Positions 10,163 to 19,084 of a stretch of DNA of 64,000 nucleotides are shown piece after piece; position 1 is the first letter of the stretch, and every line of letters begins with the position of its first letter. The notes below the pieces were generated by a model. It had not been told where the DNA came from. It made no database searches and saw nothing but the letters and a program-made list of their open reading frames with translations. This DNA comes from Candidatus Velesiimonas alkalicola (lineage in GTDB: Bacteria; Omnitrophota; Gorgyraeia; Velesiimonadales; Velesiimonadaceae). The stretch spans positions 6,560-70,559 of the forward strand of contig NDHX01000007.1 of NCBI GenBank assembly GCA_013626165.1, read 5' to 3'. Made by a program: the position numbers and the translations under genes.

Positions 10163-11482
10163 ATGATGAAATGGTCTGAGTATTTTCTTCCAACACTAAA
10201 AGATGCGCCTTCTGATGCAGAAAGTATAAGCCACAAACTAATGTTAAGGGCGGGTCTGGTAAAGAAACTCTCATCAGGTATATATTCTTATCTTCCCTGT
10301 GGATTAAAAGTCCTTCAAAAAGTTCAAAACATTGTAAGAGAAAAGATGAACGAGATAGGCTGTCAGGAGATATTGATGCCTGCAATACATCCTATAGAAT
10401 TATGGCATGAAAGCAAAAGATGGGAACATTTTGAACAGACCCTGTTTCGCCTTAATGATACAAGAGGAGTAACTCCTTTTGTTCTTGGTGCAACACATGA
10501 GGTTGTGATAACAGATATCGCACGTTCTGAATTCCATTCATACAAGGACCTTCCCAAAACTTTATACCAGATACAAACTAAATTCAGAAACGAACCCAGG
10601 CCGAGATTTGGACTTATAAGATCCAGAGAATTTATAATGATGGATGCATACAGTTTCCACAGAAACGAAGAAGACCTTAATAAAACATACAGCACCATCT
10701 ATAATGCACATAAGAGGATATTTGAAAAATGTGCAATTGATGTAATAATCATTGAGGCAGATTCAGGACCTTTTGGAGACGGTATATCACATGAATTTAT
10801 GGTTCTATCAGACTATGGAGAAGACAAGATATTGATATGCAATTTTTGTTCACATTGTGCAGATACAAAGAAGCATCAGATAAAAGAAGGAACACCACTC
10901 TGTATAAAATGCGGGAAAGAACTTTCCGTCCAATCTGCTATTGAACTGGACCATATATTCAAATTAGGAACAACCTATAGTGTTCCATTAAAAGCAATGT
11001 TCCTTGATGAGGATGGTTCTTACAAACCTCTTGTGATGGGTTGTTATGGAATCGGCATATCAAGGCTTTTAAGTGCAATACTTGAAAAACACAATGATAA
11101 GGATGGGATATGCTGGCCATTTTCTGTTGCGCCGTTTGATGTTGTTATAACACAGATAGATGTCCAGGATAAACAAACAGAACAGAGGACAACGGATTTA
11201 TATAATAAACTTGTTTCAAAGGGTATGGATGTTCTTATTGATGATAGGGATAAAAGGCCAGGGGTTAAATTTAAGGATGCTGACCTTGTAGGATTTCCGA
11301 TAAGGATTGTCCTTGGTGAAAAGGCGGTAAAAGAAAATAAGGCAGAGGTTTTTAACAGAAAAACAAAAACTGTTAAACTGATGGGGATTGAAGAAGCGGT
11401 ATCTCAAATATCAGAACTCAAAAAGGGCTATCAAGATGATGGGGAATCAAACAATAATCAACGAACAAAATCCAATAACTAA
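10163..11482 (+). CDS. proS: Proline--tRNA ligase lacking the insertion editing domain
   Basis: SHKLMLRAG, QIQTKFRNEPRPRFGLIRSREF.M.DAYSF, MGCYGIG.SR, DDR...PGVKFKDADL. Confidence 0.96.
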   Translation: MMKWSEYFLPTLKDAPSDAESISHKLMLRAGLVKKLSSGIYSYLPCGLKVLQKVQNIVREKMNEIGCQEILMPAIHPIELWHESKRWEHFEQTLFRLNDTRGVTPFVLGATHEVVITDIARSEFHSYKDLPKTLYQIQTKFRNEPRPRFGLIRSREFIMMDAYSFHRNEEDLNKTYSTIYNAHKRIFEKCAIDVIIIEADSGPFGDGISHEFMVLSDYGEDKILICNFCSHCADTKKHQIKEGTPLCIKCGKELSVQSAIELDHIFKLGTTYSVPLKAMFLDEDGSYKPLVMGCYGIGISRLLSAILEKHNDKDGICWPFSVAPFDVVITQIDVQDKQTEQRTTDLYNKLVSKGMDVLIDDRDKRPGVKFKDADLVGFPIRIVLGEKAVKENKAEVFNRKTKTVKLMGIEEAVSQISELKKGYQDDGESNNNQRTKSNN

Positions 11483-12314
11483 ACCTCCGGATAATAATCG
11501 ATCGGTAATCAAAGATTTATTGGATAAATTTCAGATAAGAGACCTAAACGATTGGGGCGGGGTTAACGCTGATTTAATTGTTACAGACCCACCGTTTGGA
11601 ATACAATTCAGCGGCAAAAACACCAACTACCACAGAAATGTTAAAAATGTCGTAGATGGTTATGTTGAATGGAAGGTACCAGAATACGGCTGGAAAACCC
11701 AACAATTATTAGATTGTATAAAAAAGAATTTAAAAGAAAGAGGTCAAGCTTTAATTTTCTCCGGATGGAACAATAGTAATATTATTCATGATAGAATTAT
11801 GAGATTTAACGGATTAACACTCAGAGGAAAAATGTATTGGACTTATAATTTTGCTCCGGTTTGCAGAAAGAAACTATCCCATAATGTATATGAGGTTTAT
11901 TGGGTAACAAAGGGTGAACAATGGGCATTTCATAATCGATGTAATACTCACCACTGCCGAGGGGGTGAACCGAATTTAACAAATTTAAATTTCAAAAGAG
12001 ATTACAAGGTCAATATGCCCAAATATCCGACAAGACTTCCCTTTAATCTCCTTCAGTGTTTAATAGAGCATTTTTCTAATAAAAATGATTTAATTTTTGA
12101 TCCTTTGTGCGGCAGTGGAATGGTGGGAGTAGTTTCTCATATGCTAGAGAGGGATTTTATAATGGGTGATTTAAATCCAAACGGGAAGCTAGTTTTTGAA
12201 CATTTGTTGGATTATTATCTAAATAAAAATGGTTTAGATCAAGATATTAGATTAAGTACTTGGTGGAAAAATGACCAAAGAAGACTTTTTAAAAATAGCC
12301 CAAGAGATATCTAG
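11436..12314 (+). CDS. Site-specific amino-DNA methyltransferase (beta-type motif order)
   Basis: DLIVTDPPF (motif IV) precedes DLIFDPLCGSG (motif I). Confidence 0.9.
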   Translation: MMGNQTIINEQNPITKPPDNNRSVIKDLLDKFQIRDLNDWGGVNADLIVTDPPFGIQFSGKNTNYHRNVKNVVDGYVEWKVPEYGWKTQQLLDCIKKNLKERGQALIFSGWNNSNIIHDRIMRFNGLTLRGKMYWTYNFAPVCRKKLSHNVYEVYWVTKGEQWAFHNRCNTHHCRGGEPNLTNLNFKRDYKVNMPKYPTRLPFNLLQCLIEHFSNKNDLIFDPLCGSGMVGVVSHMLERDFIMGDLNPNGKLVFEHLLDYYLNKNGLDQDIRLSTWWKNDQRRLFKNSPRDI

Positions 12315-12930
12315 GGGGTTTAAAAACATTCCTATTCTTTGGGACGGAAGAAAATCTATTCTAGAAATGAAAAAGGCGGGATTTAACCAATGGAAACAGA
12401 TGGAATGGATTGGTTGGTATTTTCAATTTTTGTGTGAAAAGCTTTTAAAGAGTGTCGTAAAAATCCCGGGCCCAAGATATGGTAATGTTCAATTTGATGG
12501 GCTTAGAAAAATACCCTGGGATTTTAAAGCACATGCAATCAATACAAGTAGTCATCAAGTTATTGTAAATGATAGCGAAGCTACGGCTAATGCTATAAAT
12601 GAATTTGGTTGTGTGGGTTTAATTCTGGCTATGGGGGAAGTGGAATACAATGACGATAAACGGACATTTCAGAAATGGCACGAAGCGCTTAAAGGCGGTA
12701 AATCAAAATATGAATTAGAAAGAATTCAAAGAGGCGCTTGGTCAAGATTAAGAAAAGTAGAATTTAGATTGGAACAAATTTCTTTTATCAAAATAGATGA
12801 TGCAGTTTTGGTTAAATCTGGCGCATTTCAAAGAGATTTCCGCAACGCCGATGGCACCCCAAGAAGAGAAAAGGTTTTAGTGAATTTAGAAAAATTAGAA
12901 GAAGAAATAGTGCATTTTCTTGATTTTTAA
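12271..12930 (+). CDS. Putative restriction endonuclease partner of the methyltransferase
   Basis: Overlaps the MTase; E-WIGWYF helix followed by FDG....WDFK, a PD-(D/E)xK-like arrangement; function inferred. Confidence 0.55.
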   Translation: MTKEDFLKIAQEISRGFKNIPILWDGRKSILEMKKAGFNQWKQMEWIGWYFQFLCEKLLKSVVKIPGPRYGNVQFDGLRKIPWDFKAHAINTSSHQVIVNDSEATANAINEFGCVGLILAMGEVEYNDDKRTFQKWHEALKGGKSKYELERIQRGAWSRLRKVEFRLEQISFIKIDDAVLVKSGAFQRDFRNADGTPRREKVLVNLEKLEEEIVHFLDF

Positions 12931-12990
12931 ATAGAAGTAGAATGAATTTTATTTTTGACTTTGACTTGTAATTTTTAAATTAGGAGAAGT

Positions 12991-13638
12991 ATGTATATCA
13001 TAATTGTTGGTTGCGGACAGTTAGGAGCACAATTGGGTAGACTTCTTTCAAGCGAAGGACATAATGTTGTCATTGTTGATAAGAACCCAGATTCTTTTGA
13101 AAGAATTAGTAAAACCTTTAATGGATTAACAATAAGCGGCGATGCCATCAATATTGATGTATTAAAACAGGCTGGCATTGAGAACACAGACGCATTCTAT
13201 GCGGTAACCGATAACGACAATGCAAATATAATGTCATCCCAGATTGCAAAAAATATATTCAAGATACCCCGTGTTATTGCCCGCGTATATGACCCTGGTA
13301 AGGCATCTATATATAAAAAATTTGGACTTGATATTGTGAGCGGAACAACGCTTCTTGCATCTATGATGAGAGATAAACTAAAAGATATGCGTCTGAGCGA
13401 CAGATTGATAGAAAGCGAATATGTTGGAGTTCTTGAATTTAATGTTGATGAAAACCTGAAAGGCAAAAAAGTTGAAGACATAAATATAACACAGAACTTC
13501 CTTATTGTTGTTGTAGAAAGAAGTCAGGAAACCATTATACCCGAACCGAGTTATATACTTGAACAGGATGACAGAATACTTGGAGTTGTAAAAATAGATG
13601 CAATTGAAGATGTGAAAAAGAAGCTGGGAATATTATAA
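12991..13638 (+). CDS. trkA: TrkA family K+ uptake regulatory subunit
   Basis: GCGQLG Rossmann motif, RCK N and C domains. Confidence 0.93.
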   Translation: MYIIIVGCGQLGAQLGRLLSSEGHNVVIVDKNPDSFERISKTFNGLTISGDAINIDVLKQAGIENTDAFYAVTDNDNANIMSSQIAKNIFKIPRVIARVYDPGKASIYKKFGLDIVSGTTLLASMMRDKLKDMRLSDRLIESEYVGVLEFNVDENLKGKKVEDINITQNFLIVVVERSQETIIPEPSYILEQDDRILGVVKIDAIEDVKKKLGIL

Positions 13639-13639
13639 G

Positions 13640-13708
13640 TCCGTATTCCGTATTCCGTAAAAAAAACAGAGTACGGAATACGAGCAACGAAATACGGTAT
13701 ACGAAATC
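13640..13708. repeat. Inverted heptamer arrays (TCCGTAT)n ... (ATACGRA)n
   Basis: tccgtattccgtattccgta ... tacggaatacgagcaacgaaatacggtatacgaaat. Confidence 0.75.
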
Positions 13709-13725
13709 GTGATGCAGAGGTGAAT

Positions 13726-14394
13726 ATGTATATTCTTCTTGTAGGTGGCGGAAACGTCGGATATTATCTTGCAAAGCGTCTTGTAGGGGATAAACACACG
13801 GTTGTATTAGTAGAAAAAGAGCCTGTTATATGTGAGAAAATAGCGCAAGGTATGGATATACTTGTTATAAACGGAGATGGTTGTGAACCGGATGTACTTA
13901 AAGATGCAGGTATAGAGAAGGCTGATGTTATTGCAGCGTTGACAGGAAACGATACCGATAACCTCATAATATCACAGATTGCAAAACAGACATTTAATAT
14001 ATCAAGAACTGTCGCAAGAGTAAATGACCCTGGTAATACACACTCGTTTAGTGAACTCGGGGTTGATGTTCCCGTTGACTCAACTTCCATAATTGCAAAG
14101 ATAATTGAAGAAGAGGTCTCACTGGAAGATTTTATAACGCTTATGACATTTAAAAAGGGAAAGATTGCGCTTGTGCGTGTGGATTTAGAAAAAACCTCTC
14201 CGTCTGTTGGAAAAATGGTAAAAGATATAAACCTTCCCTTAAACTCTGTTCTTGTTTCCATATTAAGAGCCAATGATATTATAATACCCAAGGGGAGTAC
14301 CATCCTTCAGGAAAGAGATGACATAGTTGCACTAACACCCATAGAAAACGAACAAGAACTCATAACAGCCATCTTGGGAAAAGTGGAAGAATAA
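13726..14394 (+). CDS. trkA: Second TrkA family subunit
   Basis: GGGNVG motif, RCK domains; SD GAGGTG. Confidence 0.93.
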   Translation: MYILLVGGGNVGYYLAKRLVGDKHTVVLVEKEPVICEKIAQGMDILVINGDGCEPDVLKDAGIEKADVIAALTGNDTDNLIISQIAKQTFNISRTVARVNDPGNTHSFSELGVDVPVDSTSIIAKIIEEEVSLEDFITLMTFKKGKIALVRVDLEKTSPSVGKMVKDINLPLNSVLVSILRANDIIIPKGSTILQERDDIVALTPIENEQELITAILGKVEE

Positions 14395-14519
14395 TGGCAA
14401 AGAAAAAGCTTATATTTAATATGTTTGACTTTTTTACCGGTGTTCTTATAGAGTTTGCGTTCTGCACCTTAATAATATTGTTGGGTTTTGCCATAAGCCT
14501 GATCGTTTTTTTGTTGTAG
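14394..14519 (+). CDS. 41-aa single-pass membrane peptide (not in ORF track)
   Basis: MAKKKLIFNMFDFFTGVLIEFAFCTLIILLGFAISLIVFLL; TAATG coupling to trkA; fills the gap before trkH. Confidence 0.7.
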   Translation: MAKKKLIFNMFDFFTGVLIEFAFCTLIILLGFAISLIVFLL

Positions 14520-14538
14520 TAAATTGAGAGGGTTCTGT

Positions 14539-16041
14539 ATGCTTATCCGCCCGAGATTTATTGACTTTAAGATAATTTTGTATTATCTCTCAAGGGCTAT
14601 GACTGGTTTTGCCCTGCTGATGTTTGTTCCTCTCATTATCGCGCTTTTGTATTCAGAGACCAACCCCGCCATTGATTATTGTATCGGAATCATTATTACA
14701 TTAATTGTTGGTATAACAATCCAGACCCTTTTCCACACAAAAGAAGACTTAAACTTTATGCATTCAATGGTTCTTGTATCATTGCTGTGGATTTTTGCTA
14801 TGTTTTTTAGCGCAATCCCGTTATATTTAAGCGGACATATGGGAAGTTTTCTTGATGCCTGTTTTGAAACAATGAGTGGTCTTACCACAACAGGGCTTTC
14901 ATTAAGTCAAGACCTTGACCATATGTCAAGGGCACACAACTTCTGGAGACATTTTTTAATATTCATCGGTGGTCAAGGGATAATTGTTGTTGCAATAAGC
15001 ATTCTTATAAAAAGCACATCAGGCGCAGTAAGGCTTTACATAGGAGAAGCAAGGGACGAAAGACTTATGCCAAATGTGATTCACACTGCAAGGTCTATAT
15101 GGTTGATAAGTCTGTTTTATCTTATCTTATGTTCATCAATACTTTCAGGGGTTCTGGTTTTAGAGGGGTTTGATATTAAATCCGCAATATTTAACGGAAT
15201 ATGCCTTTTTATGGCAACATTTGATACGGGTGGATTCGGTCTTATGTCACAGAATATCTTATTTTATCATAGCCCGCTCCTTGAAATTACATCTTTGGTG
15301 TGTATGCTTTTAGGAGCAATGAACTTTCACCTACACTATAAGATTATGACAGGTGATAGAAAAGAAATTTATAAAAATATTGAAATAAGAACATTTTTTT
15401 TATCCATTCTTATTCTGTCTATTTTAGTCTTAATATCTGTACAGATAGCAGGTGAATTTAATACCGTATTTTCTGTCTTTAGGAAAGGATTTTTCCAGAT
15501 TATATCTGCTCATACAGGCTGTGGACTCCAGACAATTCCCGCATCAGAATTTAAAAATGGCATAGGCTATGCAGGTTGTTTTGCTATTATTATTGCAATG
15601 GGTCTTGGGGGCGCAGTAAATTCAACAGCAGGAGGAATAAAATCTCTAAGAATCGGAATTCTATCTAAAGCAATAATCCGTGAAATGAGAAAAATGGTGC
15701 TTCCGGAAAGAACAGTCATAATACAGAAGTTCCACCATATAAAAGATATGGTGCTTCAAAGTGAATATGTTAAAGCAGCCGCTCTTATGACCATTTCATA
15801 TATTGTCCTTATACTTATAGGTTCACTTGCAGGAATGTTTTTAGGATATGGGTTTGTTGAATCCATATTTGAGTCTGCATCCGCTTCCGGCAACGTAGGA
15901 TTAACCATCGGTGTTACACAGCCATCTATGCACTGGTTTTTAAAAATTGTATACATAGTGCAGATGTTGGCCGGAAGACTTGAATTCTTATCCATATTTT
16001 CACTTATAGGGTTTTTTATGTCTATATGGAGGGGAAAGTGA
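14539..16041 (+). CDS. trkH: TrkH family K+ uptake permease
   Basis: FETMSGLTTTG, GGQGII, STAGGIK, SASGNVG, GRLE. Confidence 0.94.
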   Translation: MLIRPRFIDFKIILYYLSRAMTGFALLMFVPLIIALLYSETNPAIDYCIGIIITLIVGITIQTLFHTKEDLNFMHSMVLVSLLWIFAMFFSAIPLYLSGHMGSFLDACFETMSGLTTTGLSLSQDLDHMSRAHNFWRHFLIFIGGQGIIVVAISILIKSTSGAVRLYIGEARDERLMPNVIHTARSIWLISLFYLILCSSILSGVLVLEGFDIKSAIFNGICLFMATFDTGGFGLMSQNILFYHSPLLEITSLVCMLLGAMNFHLHYKIMTGDRKEIYKNIEIRTFFLSILILSILVLISVQIAGEFNTVFSVFRKGFFQIISAHTGCGLQTIPASEFKNGIGYAGCFAIIIAMGLGGAVNSTAGGIKSLRIGILSKAIIREMRKMVLPERTVIIQKFHHIKDMVLQSEYVKAAALMTISYIVLILIGSLAGMFLGYGFVESIFESASASGNVGLTIGVTQPSMHWFLKIVYIVQMLAGRLEFLSIFSLIGFFMSIWRGK

Positions 16042-16649
16042 ATATTGCAGTATTTTGTTCAGGAGCTGGAACAAATTTTCAAGCCATAATAGATGCCCAG
16101 AAACAGGGATTATTAGAAAAAGGACAGGTTGTGCTTATGGTCTGCGACAATCCACACGCACAGAGTATAGAAAGAGCAAAAAAAGAAAATGTCCCCTCTT
16201 TTCTTGTCTCTGGAAAATTGTATGAAAATAAAACAGCCCTTGAACTGGCAATAATTAAAAAACTTGAAGAATACAGAATTGAACTTCTTGTGCTTGCGGG
16301 ATATATGAGACTTCTTTCATTAAATTTTATTAAAAAATATAAGAACAGAATATTGAACATTCACCCTGCGCTTCTTCCTTCATTTCCCGGAACAAAAGCA
16401 GTTGAAGATGCCTTAAACTATGGTGTAAAGACCACAGGCGTCACAGTTCATTTTGTTGATCAGGGTATGGACACAGGTCCAATAATACTTCAGGAATCTG
16501 TTCCTGTTTATGAGAATGATACAATCCAAACCCTTTCAGAAAGAATACATAAGACTGAACACCGGATATATCCAAAGGTAATAAAACTATTCTGCGCTGG
16601 AAGGCTAAAAATTGAAGACAGGAAAGTATCTACCCTACCAACCTCGTAG
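16038..16649 (+). CDS. purN: Phosphoribosylglycinamide formyltransferase
   Basis: SGAGTNFQAI, LAGYMR, NIHPALLPSFPG, GVTVHFVD.GMDTGPII; GTG start after SD GGAGGGG. Confidence 0.97.
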   Translation: MNIAVFCSGAGTNFQAIIDAQKQGLLEKGQVVLMVCDNPHAQSIERAKKENVPSFLVSGKLYENKTALELAIIKKLEEYRIELLVLAGYMRLLSLNFIKKYKNRILNIHPALLPSFPGTKAVEDALNYGVKTTGVTVHFVDQGMDTGPIILQESVPVYENDTIQTLSERIHKTEHRIYPKVIKLFCAGRLKIEDRKVSTLPTS

Positions 16650-16665
16650 GTTAAACCTACGAGGT
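16641..16665. repeat. Perfect 25-bp palindrome ACCTCGTAGGTT-A-AACCTACGAGGT
   Basis: 12-bp arms; contains the TAG stops of both convergent genes. Confidence 0.85.
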
Positions 16666-17457
16666 AAGTGAGAGAAAGTTCTTCCGGGTCAAAATCTTCC
16701 TGTCCCCTTCCCTTTCAAGAAATGGTGCTGCATCATTAACAACCACTTTCCAGTTTATATTTTTAATGTGCTTTAATAAAATGCTTTTCCAGTTTTTGTT
16801 GTTTATTTTTTGCCCTTTCCACTTTGTTTGCTGTAAGGCATTATTTAACAAAACAAAATTCGGAACAGTCCATGATGAGTCTGCAAACATCCATACCAAA
16901 TCAAATATATCTCTACCCTTTGTATATTTTCTAGCAAGAATTGCATGCAGCTTGCCAGCAAAAAGCGAAGACTTATCATAATGCAAAACATTTAGCATAA
17001 CATACCGCCTGAAGAGGGTAGTGGTAGTTGTCCCGCCTTCTGGTGGATTGATATCTATTTCAATCTTAACAGACAAAACCTCATCCCTGAGAGGAGAAAG
17101 ATTAAGTTCATACAAAAGTCCCTGAAAACGGATAAATGCACTTATAACCGGTTTTTCTTGTTTTGTCTTGATAAAAATTTTATAATTTTCCGCTTCAAAA
17201 TCTTTTCTAATACGATACAAGAATTTATTAAAATCAATCTTTTCAGGCAATACGAGTGAAAAATCCAAATCTTCAGAATACCTTGGTAGGGAATACAAAA
17301 ACCTCAGGGCAGTTCCACCTACAAAAGCCAAACTCAAAAATGCTTTGCTATCCTGTAAAGATTGTAATAGACGAGCCTGCAGATACTCTATGACAGCGCT
17401 CCGTTTAAGCAGAATATTGGGCTGCTCTTTTATAATCTGCCCTAAATATTCTTTCAT
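16657..17457 (-). CDS. abiEii: AbiEii/AbiGii nucleotidyltransferase toxin (type IV TA)
   Basis: FVGGTALR...RYSEDLDF, KIEID, KL.A...R.KGRD.FD. Confidence 0.9.
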   Translation of the reverse strand: MKEYLGQIIKEQPNILLKRSAVIEYLQARLLQSLQDSKAFLSLAFVGGTALRFLYSLPRYSEDLDFSLVLPEKIDFNKFLYRIRKDFEAENYKIFIKTKQEKPVISAFIRFQGLLYELNLSPLRDEVLSVKIEIDINPPEGGTTTTTLFRRYVMLNVLHYDKSSLFAGKLHAILARKYTKGRDIFDLVWMFADSSWTVPNFVLLNNALQQTKWKGQKINNKNWKSILLKHIKNINWKVVVNDAAPFLEREGDRKILTRKNFLSLTS

Positions 17458-18052
17458 ATTTTTTTACTATTCTTATAAGTTTTGGAATTCCTGATTGTTG
17501 AGCAAAAGAGGCGAGAACCTTTGTACTGATAGATTCTAAATTCTGAAGCCTCAATTCTTCAAGATAACCTTCTTTATCAGAATGAGGGGTTAAATAGAAC
17601 AAATCCAGTAATCCTTTCTCAGGTAATGCAATAAAAACCTTTATACCACCTGACACCTCTACCTCTTGATAGCCCCAGAAAAGTTCTTTTTTGATGTGTT
17701 TGAATTGAAATGTTCCAAAAGGGGTGTGTATTTCTTCTGGCCTGCCAGTACTAACACTTGTAATTACCGGCACATATTCAGGGATAAGTCCATAGTGCGA
17801 AAGTGCAGACTGCAAGCTTATATAAGACCCGCTTTTTATTCTGTTTGCAGCCATGAATGGATGGGGTTGCAATTCCCTGTATGGTTGTGCCACTGCATAA
17901 ATCCCTCTTCGCAACTGGATTAATTTTCCTTTTGACACCCATCTTGTCAATTGTTTTCTAACGACAACAGGCGATACCTTCCCTGCTAAAATAAGAGATG
18001 ATGAAAAAATAGATTCCCCGCTTAACAATCTTAATAGCTCCTCATATTTCAT
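17405..18052 (-). CDS. abiEi: AbiEi-type antitoxin / transcriptional regulator
   Basis: N-terminal wHTH (LIQLRRGIY), SYISL.SALS.YGLIPE, A.PEK.LLD. Confidence 0.88.
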   Translation of the reverse strand: MKYEELLRLLSGESIFSSSLILAGKVSPVVVRKQLTRWVSKGKLIQLRRGIYAVAQPYRELQPHPFMAANRIKSGSYISLQSALSHYGLIPEYVPVITSVSTGRPEEIHTPFGTFQFKHIKKELFWGYQEVEVSGGIKVFIALPEKGLLDLFYLTPHSDKEGYLEELRLQNLESISTKVLASFAQQSGIPKLIRIVKKYERIFRADYKRAAQYSA

Positions 18053-18087
18053 AGCAATAAAATACCATAAATGTCTATTTACTGCAA
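18053..18087 (-). promoter_or_regulatory. Putative abiE promoter (leaderless) with imperfect inverted repeat
   Basis: TTGCAG-17bp-TATTTT ending 6 nt before ATG; no SD; GCAATAAAATA...TATTTACTGC inverted repeat. Confidence 0.5.
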
Positions 18088-18109
18088 CAAATTTTGGGTT
18101 GGTTGTTGT

Positions 18110-18703
18110 TCATCTATACTCAATCCCCCGAAAGTCTGCCAGAGGCTCTGTTTGCTGTTTTAATTTCTGGGATTCTCTTTTTACAATCTTCATAATATGG
18201 ATGGATACAAAAACTGGCTCTTCAATACCAAGCATTTCCTGAACCTTGCCTTTAATAAGCCCCTGTATTTTTTCTGTAACATCGGGAATATTTACATCAG
18301 ACCACAGGGTAATATTGCTTGATATTTCTATTTTTTTTCTTCTTGCAATTACATCCGAACGAATTTCCTTTATTTCAGGAATCTGGGATGATATATCCTT
18401 GATAAAACCCTCAACCGCTTTTAGTGATATTATTACCTGTCCATCAGGATTGTTAAAGGCAATTGTTTTTTCTTTTTGAAACCTATGTAAAAGAAGCGAA
18501 AGAACAAGAAAACCCATAATAATGATAAATATCCCTATGCTACCTGTTATAATCCTGTATTGTCTTGAAATCTCCACCTCTGCAAGCATTGAAGATAACT
18601 GCCCTGAATCAATCCATTGCATTGCAAATGCAATCAAAAACACTGCAAATGCCCAGAATATAATCGTATAAAACATTGTTACAAAAAGATTAAAAAGTCT
18701 CAC
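18110..18703 (-). CDS. amaP: Alkaline shock response membrane anchor AmaP-like protein
   Basis: Two N-terminal TM helices plus Asp23-like domain (G.V.IS..A.E); follows asp23. Confidence 0.82.
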   Translation of the reverse strand: MRLFNLFVTMFYTIIFWAFAVFLIAFAMQWIDSGQLSSMLAEVEISRQYRIITGSIGIFIIIMGFLVLSLLLHRFQKEKTIAFNNPDGQVIISLKAVEGFIKDISSQIPEIKEIRSDVIARRKKIEISSNITLWSDVNIPDVTEKIQGLIKGKVQEMLGIEEPVFVSIHIMKIVKRESQKLKQQTEPLADFRGIEYR

Positions 18704-19059
18704 TGTTTCTCCTCTTTTTCCACTTCCACAATATCTACATTTACATCCACTGAAGAAAGATTTGCCATCTTTTCAATTGCGTTTTTGACATTTTCCTGAA
18801 CTCTATGTGCGATATCAGGCAAATTGGCACCATATTTAGCAACTATTTGGATGGACACCTTTGTATGTTTTTCTGTAAAATGAACCTGAAGGCCGCTTTT
18901 AAATCCAGATATACTAAAAAATTTAAGTAGTTTTTCAAAAAAATCTTTCTGTATTCTCTTGACGCCTTCAACAGAATTTGCAGCAATATCTGCAACTGAG
19001 ACTATTGCCTGCCTTTTTATTCTTATCACACCATAATCAGATTTTTTTGCTTCATACAT
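18700..19059 (-). CDS. Asp23/Gls24 family protein
   Basis: G.I.I...AI..VA..AA..VEGV, YGANLPDIA..VQ.NVK.AIE.M; start reassigned to MYEAKK. Confidence 0.88.
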   Translation of the reverse strand: MYEAKKSDYGVIRIKRQAIVSVADIAANSVEGVKRIQKDFFEKLLKFFSISGFKSGLQVHFTEKHTKVSIQIVAKYGANLPDIAHRVQENVKNAIEKMANLSSVDVNVDIVEVEKEEKQ

Positions 19060-19084
19060 TGTATTTTCTTTCCCACTAAAAAAT

